51,014 nucleotides of DNA from Escherichia phage tiwna. The stretch lies in the sequence record NC_054896.1, one strand, 5' to 3'. A program made the position numbers and the translations under genes. Below are positions 45,821 to 51,014 of the stretch, in pieces. Positions within the stretch are counted from its first letter, which is position 1; each line of letters opens with the position of its first letter. Under the pieces are notes generated by a model. That model was not told the DNA's origin. It did not search any database and saw only the letters and a program-made list of their open reading frames with translations.

Positions 45821-46084
45821 TTAGTCCAGGAATTCGATTTCACGCTCTCCAGTTAACGGATCCACAAGCCAGAATCCGAGCGGTTCGCCGTGAACACCGC
45901 CATAGAATCCAAGCGCCGTCAGATCTTCACCTTTAACGAATACCAGGTTTCCGCTACGGCTTACGTGAGACACGTTAACGATAACCGGAAATGTGCGATC
46001 CTTAAATGCAGGCCGCAGGGCGTAACATCCGTTGTTGAGCAAACGTGCTTTGCGCTTAACTGGAATAGGTGCATTAATTTTCAT
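45821..46084 (-). CDS. hypothetical protein (87 aa)
   Basis: Strong RBS aaggag; stop abuts the box. Confidence 0.5.
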   Translation of the reverse strand: MKINAPIPVKRKARLLNNGCYALRPAFKDRTFPVIVNVSHVSRSGNLVFVKGEDLTALGFYGGVHGEPLGFWLVDPLTGEREIEFLD

Positions 46085-46232
46085 GGTTATTACTCCTTAT
46101 CGTAAAGATTTAAAGACGTATAGTTTATTGCGGTAACTATATATCCGCATTGTTATTTCTCGCAGTGCAATATATTCCTTCCTGTTTTCCGGCAGACTGG
46201 CGAGCAACAACAGGCAGTATTTATAAGCGCGG

Positions 46233-46520
46233 TCAAGATTTCTTTCCGTGCCCCTGCAATATCCCTTGTTGCGCCTGGAGCGGTACAGCCATAACAATTT
46301 CTTGAACATTTCGGATACGCCCATACAGATCACAAACTTCGTTGATAAAACAGCGTTGAGACTCTTTATCCTGCTTCTCAGACATCGCACGGCACTCATA
46401 GCGGTGATTATGCACGATGACAACAACCATATTTTCAGGTGCTGACGGGTGACGCGCTGACGCGTCGCAGATTGAAACATCCATACCCATCTCATGTGCT
46501 TTCTTGATCACATCCAACAT
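46233..46520 (-). CDS. hypothetical protein (95 aa)
   Basis: AGGAG RBS before the internal ATG (MLDVIKK...). Confidence 0.4.
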   Translation of the reverse strand: MLDVIKKAHEMGMDVSICDASARHPSAPENMVVVIVHNHRYECRAMSEKQDKESQRCFINEVCDLYGRIRNVQEIVMAVPLQAQQGILQGHGKKS

Positions 46521-46774
46521 TTTTTCTTCTCCTGCAATAAGCAAACATCATTGATAAAATCAGCACGGCCCTTAATGTTGCTGATGTGGAACGTCTTTTC
46601 AGCGTACAGGCCATCACCTTCAATAACGATCATTACGCGAGTCGGTTTATTCACGGGCGCACACGAAAAGAGTGGTCGCGCCGGAAGAAATTTAGTAGCC
46701 ACATCCAGGTTAGCCCTGGCGGCCCTGCAAAATGCCTCCGCCAGATCCAAATCATTTTCGGTAATCACCGCCAT
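46508..46774 (-). CDS. hypothetical protein (88 aa)
   Basis: ATG overlaps the upstream stop. Confidence 0.45.
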   Translation of the reverse strand: MAVITENDLDLAEAFCRAARANLDVATKFLPARPLFSCAPVNKPTRVMIVIEGDGLYAEKTFHISNIKGRADFINDVCLLQEKKKCWM

Positions 46775-47046
46775 TACTTCTTGATCTCCTCACTGATAAA
46801 TTTCAGCACCTGACGTAAGAAAACCTCGTTGTTGATAGTCGCTGGCAATTCTTCTTTCACTTCTTGCGGCAGATAGATATTGCCGTGCCAGGTCAAGCAA
46901 TCGTAGTTGATACGATAAGAGCAAAGCCACTCGCAATCGTTATCTGCTTCCCAAATGCAGAGTTGCAGAACATCGCCAAAATCCTCAACAGTCAGATCCA
47001 GACCGTGACGCTTAGCGAAGTTGAAAGTGGTTTTGCTGATGTTCAT
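46774..47046 (-). CDS. hypothetical protein (90 aa); first gene of the leftward early cluster
   Basis: GGAG RBS; directly downstream of the promoter box at 47106. Confidence 0.5.
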   Translation of the reverse strand: MNISKTTFNFAKRHGLDLTVEDFGDVLQLCIWEADNDCEWLCSYRINYDCLTWHGNIYLPQEVKEELPATINNEVFLRQVLKFISEEIKK

Positions 47047-47105
47047 TGCTATCTCCTGAGCGGTTCGTTTTGATGTGTGTAATGTACCCGATCAGGTGGC
47101 CTGAG

Positions 47106-47124
47106 TTTTAACAAAAAGTGCTAT
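47106..47124 (-). promoter_or_regulatory. conserved box, minus orientation, with -10 at 47081-47086
   Basis: TAGCACTTTTTGTTAAAA then 19 bp then TACATT. Confidence 0.5.
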
Positions 47125-47394
47125 TTGACGGTTAGCGCCAGGATTGTGATCGAAATAATCAAAAGTAATCATTCGTAATCAAATCACGTCAAAATGATGA
47201 TTGCCTTTGCAAATTTGATGAGAAAAGCAATCACGTTTAATCATTGGTTGCAGGGGAGATAGTGAAACCTTCCCCTCTCGCCTCAATTTTCCGCCTGGCT
47301 GTCAGTGGTTGTTATGTTCCGTTCCCGCCTGTTCTTTTGTTGACCTTCCGCAAAATACGATAACAAAAAATAACAAACAATACCTATATAATAC

Positions 47395-47660
47395 ATTGAA
47401 AAATAAGGATTATTTATTTATATGTATCTATATATTCTCTTTTGTTATCTTGGTTATTGTGGTATTTGGTGGGGTATATAGTTTTTGTGTATCTGTATGT
47501 GTGTATGGGTATGTAGGGGCATATATATCTATATGGCACTTTCCGCGAGAAAACTTCGATAACAGGCAATGATAACATTGATTTATAAGGAAAAATAACG
47601 CCTATATTGTTATTGTGCCACCATGTAAAATTGATAAAACACGCGGGAACAAGAAAAAAC
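47395..47660. repeat. GT-rich strand-biased noncoding region B, homologous to 26855-27060
   Basis: Shared blocks ttatttatttat, ttgttatct, gtatctgtatgtg and gggaacaagaaaaa; G-runs ggtgggg and gtagggg. Confidence 0.5.
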
Positions 47661-47662
47661 AG

Positions 47663-47691
47663 TTGACACATTAAATAGCATTATTGATAAT
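47663..47691 (+). promoter_or_regulatory. near-consensus sigma70 promoter (TTGACA-17-GATAAT)
   Basis: -35 at 47663-47668 and -10 at 47686-47691, about 28 nt before the AGGAGG RBS of gene 47720. Confidence 0.6.
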
Positions 47692-47719
47692 GCCCACACC
47701 TAACAACCAGGAGGCAGAA

Positions 47720-48184
47720 ATGAGCGAGCAATCATTCACTGACACGCTGCGCCGTGCCGCTATTATGCTGGCTAATGGCGAGGAAGAGACGATCAAGATT
47801 CCTGACGCGTATTTGCAGGTCCACATGTTCGGCAAGAAGTCGGCAAGCAATCCGGCGGCCTACATTCGCCAGATCATGAGTCGAGTGCCAGAAGTCGCCG
47901 AGCGGGGGCGCGTATCCGTTACCCGTGGCGTTTACGGGCCGGAAGATGAAAACTTCGGTAGCACTTTCTACGAGGTGCGGATTGTTGAAGGCCGTCGCAA
48001 GGTTTACAACAAAGAGGCACTGGAAAGGGCAGTACGCCAGGCTAAGCGCAAGGTTGCAGAGGCGATCATTGATATGTCACCCAACCTGGCAAACTATGCG
48101 CCGGAAGAGTACGAAACATTATCAAAGGCCGTCGCTGACTTTCACGCGATGATCAAAAAAACTTTCCTGGAGGATGAGCAATGA
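47720..48184 (+). CDS. hypothetical protein (154 aa), likely immediate-early
   Basis: Consensus promoter plus AGGAGG RBS; internal ATG of track ORF 47684. Confidence 0.55.
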   Translation: MSEQSFTDTLRRAAIMLANGEEETIKIPDAYLQVHMFGKKSASNPAAYIRQIMSRVPEVAERGRVSVTRGVYGPEDENFGSTFYEVRIVEGRRKVYNKEALERAVRQAKRKVAEAIIDMSPNLANYAPEEYETLSKAVADFHAMIKKTFLEDEQ

Positions 48185-48441
48185 AAAAGGCATTAATCGG
48201 CGTTTTGGTGGCAATGGCATTCCTGACCGGATGCGAAAAGGCATCAGAATCAACGGTTGTCGTAGGCGTGGAGTCAGATTTCAAAGTCGGCCGCCTGTTC
48301 ACTGTTGACGGATGCACAGCATACAGATTCTATGATAACGGTCGCGCGATCTATTACACCAATTGCAAGGGCGCAACGGATAGCACGTACAACAGCGGAA
48401 AGAACGTAATGCACCAGCAAGTCACAACAGATATTAAATAG
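48181..48441 (+). CDS. small lipoprotein (86 aa)
   Basis: Signal peptide with lipobox LTGC (MKKALIGVLVAMAFLTGC); ATGA coupling. Confidence 0.5.
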   Translation: MKKALIGVLVAMAFLTGCEKASESTVVVGVESDFKVGRLFTVDGCTAYRFYDNGRAIYYTNCKGATDSTYNSGKNVMHQQVTTDIK

Positions 48442-48456
48442 CACTTTTTGTTAAAA
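48439..48456 (+). promoter_or_regulatory. conserved box with -10 CATAAT at 48476-48481
   Basis: TAGCACTTTTTGTTAAAA, hairpin gccaggcgcaaagcctggc, then CATAAT. Confidence 0.5.
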
Positions 48457-48513
48457 CGCCAGGCGCAAAGCCTGGCATAATAGCCTCATCGAAACGAGAT
48501 TGAGGAAACAAAA

Positions 48514-48699
48514 ATGGCACGTCGCATCACCAAAGACCTTAAAGTTCTTAACAAAGAAAACGTAGTTAAAATCCTGGTTATCTGGGGCTACAACGAAGAA
48601 ACAGCAAAGCAGAAGGTAGAGGCAGGTTATGACCTGGCTGTAAAAGCAATGCCAAACGACGACGCCAAAGGCATTGCAAACTATGTAGCTTTCTTTTAA
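48514..48699 (+). CDS. hypothetical protein (61 aa)
   Basis: RBS gagga before ATG. Confidence 0.45.
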   Translation: MARRITKDLKVLNKENVVKILVIWGYNEETAKQKVEAGYDLAVKAMPNDDAKGIANYVAFF

Positions 48700-48714
48700 T
48701 TAGCAGGTGAATAA

Positions 48715-48900
48715 ATGAAAACGAAATTAGTCCATAAATCAGAAATCAAGATCGGCGATACTGTGATTCACAACGGAGAGCTTAGAACGGTTGACAAAGA
48801 GTCAATAAGCCACGATGAATTTGTGGGGATTTTGTTGTTCGGTGACTCTTATCGTCTTGGTTACAAGATGGTTGAGCTTGTGGAAGAGGTAAAATTCTAA
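48715..48900 (+). CDS. hypothetical protein (61 aa)
   Basis: RBS aggtg before ATG; stop abuts the box at 48902. Confidence 0.45.
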   Translation: MKTKLVHKSEIKIGDTVIHNGELRTVDKESISHDEFVGILLFGDSYRLGYKMVELVEEVKF

Positions 48901-48901
48901 A

Positions 48902-48918
48902 TAGCACTTTTGTTAAAA
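48902..48918 (+). promoter_or_regulatory. conserved box (one T shorter) with -10 CATAAT at 48938-48943
   Basis: TAGCACTTTTGTTAAAA then 19 bp then CATAAT. Confidence 0.5.
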
Positions 48919-48998
48919 CTCAAAGACGACAACCAGGCATAATAAATCACATAGGGCGGCACGGCGTCGCCCAGTAAAATCAATCAGGAGAAAGCACC

Positions 48999-49889
48999 AT
49001 GTTAAAACTTACTGACATTAAATTCCCGATCACCTTCGAATCTCGCGGAGTTGGTCATTTCATGTTTACCGACGAGAAGACATGCACTAAGTTTAACGAA
49101 TACGGAAGTCCAAACGCTTCAACAATGGAGATTGAACACTTCATTGAAGCGCACAATAAACACTACAACTCACTCAGAGACTACGGTTACGCAATGCTAG
49201 GCTACACCTGTTTCCACTACAAGCCATATAAAGGCCAGGTGTTGCCAGTGCGCTCACCGGAACGCGTAGAGATTCCGATGGTCGAGATGAAAACCTGCGA
49301 CTATAAAAAATTGTGGCGCTTAAGTGTGGACAATATCAAGTATCCGATCACGTTCCGCTACGCTGGTAATTTAACGATTCGCTACACATCGCGCGACAAT
49401 GGCGTTTATAGCGGTGGTCAGAAATCAGAGCTTAAGGTGGATTTCTTTGTTAATGGTCATAATAAATACAATCCGCACAATGAAAAAGATAAGATTTACT
49501 ATGTGGAAGACATTACAAAACACTTGTTTGGAGAAACTCCATTCGGCGGCGGAAAGACGTCAATTCAAAAAATAATTGGCGAGGAGATCCACAAAGCGGC
49601 TGCCGAAATGAAAGCGCCTGGAGGCTGGCGTATTGATAAGAGCGCCTTTGCAAATCAAGAAATCGTAACGCAGGGCGCGATTGAAGATATGCCAGTTGCA
49701 GCCACGCTAAAAGGAGTCCGGCTTGATGATGGTGTGTGGTTTGAAGTAACGGCTACACCAAAGACGATCGAGATTCATGATGACGTTGTTATTCTTCTGC
49801 TTCACTACGGCGGCTATAAAAACCGGACGGTTGCAGGTGAGATCAGCATCAAGCGCGGAACGATGGTTAAGTGGAAGGTGAAGATTTGA
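48999..49889 (+). CDS. hypothetical protein with an internal tandem repeat (296 aa)
   Basis: RBS aggag; repeated segment IKFPITFESRG / IKYPITFRYAG. Confidence 0.5.
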   Translation: MLKLTDIKFPITFESRGVGHFMFTDEKTCTKFNEYGSPNASTMEIEHFIEAHNKHYNSLRDYGYAMLGYTCFHYKPYKGQVLPVRSPERVEIPMVEMKTCDYKKLWRLSVDNIKYPITFRYAGNLTIRYTSRDNGVYSGGQKSELKVDFFVNGHNKYNPHNEKDKIYYVEDITKHLFGETPFGGGKTSIQKIIGEEIHKAAAEMKAPGGWRIDKSAFANQEIVTQGAIEDMPVAATLKGVRLDDGVWFEVTATPKTIEIHDDVVILLLHYGGYKNRTVAGEISIKRGTMVKWKVKI

Positions 49890-49965
49890 GTTTGTTCACT
49901 GCGGCGCACGTCGCCGCATGGATCGGATTGTTTGCCTACCTGTTTAGCTTTTATTGAGGTGAGAG

Positions 49966-50118
49966 ATGGCTACATGGATTCTACTGATTCTTATGATTGA
50001 TGGCGGCGTTGACCATATCGAAATGAATAGCCAGCAATCTTGCATTGAGGCACGAGAGCAGATCAAGAACAACAACAGGTTTTATGCGTACACTCACACG
50101 CTATGTATTAAGAAATAG
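49966..50118 (+). CDS. small membrane peptide (50 aa)
   Basis: RBS gaggtgagag; hydrophobic N-terminus; TAG stop is the first triplet of the box at 50116; below the ORF-track cutoff. Confidence 0.35.
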   Translation: MATWILLILMIDGGVDHIEMNSQQSCIEAREQIKNNNRFYAYTHTLCIKK

Positions 50119-50133
50119 CACTTTTTGTTAAAA
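50116..50133 (+). promoter_or_regulatory. conserved box with -10 TATAAT at 50152-50157
   Basis: TAGCACTTTTTGTTAAAA then 18 bp then TATAAT. Confidence 0.5.
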
Positions 50134-50187
50134 CTCAAATGTGGGGCCAGGTATAATGGCCTCACTTTCAACGAAGGAGATAAAACG

Positions 50188-50418
50188 ATGTACATTAAAA
50201 AGAAGATGAAATGCGTTTCCGTTAACTATGCTTGCTCTGGCATGTTCAAGCCTGGCGAAATCTATACGGCGCAAAAACTGAAATCATCAACCGGATCTTT
50301 TTACGTGAGCAATAGTAAGGGGCATCGCATGTTCCTGAACGGCGGCGAAGGCACTAAGGTTATGGCACACGCTATGGTAATGGCTGAATTTGAGGAAGTG
50401 AAAGATGAAAACAAATAA
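50188..50418 (+). CDS. hypothetical protein (76 aa)
   Basis: RBS aaggag before ATG 50188; internal start of track ORF 50125. Confidence 0.45.
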   Translation: MYIKKKMKCVSVNYACSGMFKPGEIYTAQKLKSSTGSFYVSNSKGHRMFLNGGEGTKVMAHAMVMAEFEEVKDENK

Positions 50419-50626
50419 GCGCGTCAAGCACAGGTTTACTGATAACCACGGCGACGCGATTGATGTATACAAGTTCGGCGATCGCGTGTTTATTGATGGC
50501 ACGTTTGAAGGTGGGCGTAGGCCGGATTTTAGGTCGATACTTACCGTTGACCAAGTGCGCAAGCTGGCAGATAAGTTAAATGATCTGGCAGATGAAATAG
50601 AATACAAGCAAATCCATTTTAATTGA
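50405..50626 (+). CDS. hypothetical protein (73 aa)
   Basis: Overlapping start; compact arrangement. Confidence 0.45.
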   Translation: MKTNKRVKHRFTDNHGDAIDVYKFGDRVFIDGTFEGGRRPDFRSILTVDQVRKLADKLNDLADEIEYKQIHFN

Positions 50627-50637
50627 TAGGTTTGATA

Positions 50638-51014
50638 ATGAAAAAATACACTTTCGAACTGTGGGGCAAGAAGTACGAATTAATGACCAGCAAGCCGATT
50701 GTTATCGTTGATCTGGACGGCACACTATCGGACGGATCGCATCGTTTGCATTTGCTGCCAACTGAAAACTTGCACCTTACGGAATCGTGGCGCGAGTTTA
50801 ACAGGGCCGCCGCCGGAGATTCACCAATTAAAAGCACTATCGCGGTTATTAACGGTTTATGGGTGTCGGGATTTGCCATCGTCATCTTGACCGGACGCAG
50901 CGACGAGGTGCGCTATGAAACCTGCAAATGGTTGAATGAGAACGGCGTGAAGTTTGACGAAATCATTATGCGCCGCCAGGAGGACAACCGAAAGGATACG
51001 GTTATTAAAGAAGA
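50638..51014 (+). CDS. HAD-family phosphatase (polynucleotide 3'-phosphatase-like), 3'-truncated at the window edge
   Basis: HAD motif I IVIVDLDGTL, followed by ILTGRSDE and RRQEDNRKDTVIKE, resembling the phosphatase domain of phage polynucleotide kinase/phosphatase. Confidence 0.5.
   Translation, partial: MKKYTFELWGKKYELMTSKPIVIVDLDGTLSDGSHRLHLLPTENLHLTESWREFNRAAAGDSPIKSTIAVINGLWVSGFAIVILTGRSDEVRYETCKWLNENGVKFDEIIMRRQEDNRKDTVIKE

Noticed and set aside
46097-46306. Alternative-frame ORF (part of track ORF 46097..46495) overlapping the 3' end of gene 46233..46520
   Set aside because: No RBS, K/R-rich low-complexity product; retained only as a caveat that gene ends in 46085-46305 are uncertain and that the 148-bp gap could hold a small gene or promoter.
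47470-47480. Chi-like recombination hotspot (TGGTGG within ggtatttggtgggg)
   Set aside because: The full octamer GCTGGTGG is not present; partial match only.

Overview
The window reads as a near-complete, densely packed (~51 kb) genome of a virulent T1-like siphovirus (Drexlerviridae-like); this assignment is inference from gene content and order, not from a database search. Layout: (1) 1-5.5 kb, rightward small early genes including a P-loop kinase; (2) 5.6-25.5 kb, rightward late module: terS, terL, portal, Mu-F-like head protein, scaffold, two paralogous capsid accessory proteins, major capsid, connector proteins, major tail protein, frameshifted G/GT chaperone, tape measure, lambda M/L/K/I/J-like tail tip; (3) 25.5-26.7 kb, leftward lipoprotein cassette; (4) 27.2-29.7 kb, rightward recombination module (PD-(D/E)XK exonuclease, Erf-like annealase, SSB); (5) 29.7-33.4 kb, leftward tail fibre with self-cleaving chaperone domain, primase-like protein, HTH protein; (6) 33.5-40 kb, rightward helicase, VRR-NUC nuclease, Dam-like methylase, HTH-phosphoesterase, and holin / SAR-endolysin / unimolecular spanin; (7) 40-47 kb, leftward cluster of about 18 small early genes plus a P-loop ATPase and a small C5-methylase-like gene; (8) 47.7-51 kb, rightward early genes ending in a truncated HAD phosphatase. 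No integrase, repressor, CRISPR array, rRNA or convincing tRNA was seen. The most striking feature is an 18-bp palindromic box (TAGCAC-N4/5-TGTTA/TGCTA-AAA) present at least 21 times, usually starting on the stop codon of the upstream gene and sitting a fixed 19 bp from a -10 hexamer. Other points of interest are two homologous GT-rich noncoding hubs about 20 kb apart, a ~46-bp inverted repeat bracketing the lysis module, a -1 frameshift site (A AAA AAC) in the tail chaperone, and several uncharacterised candidate exclusion or host-takeover cassettes. All protein assignments rest on motifs read by eye from the supplied translations.
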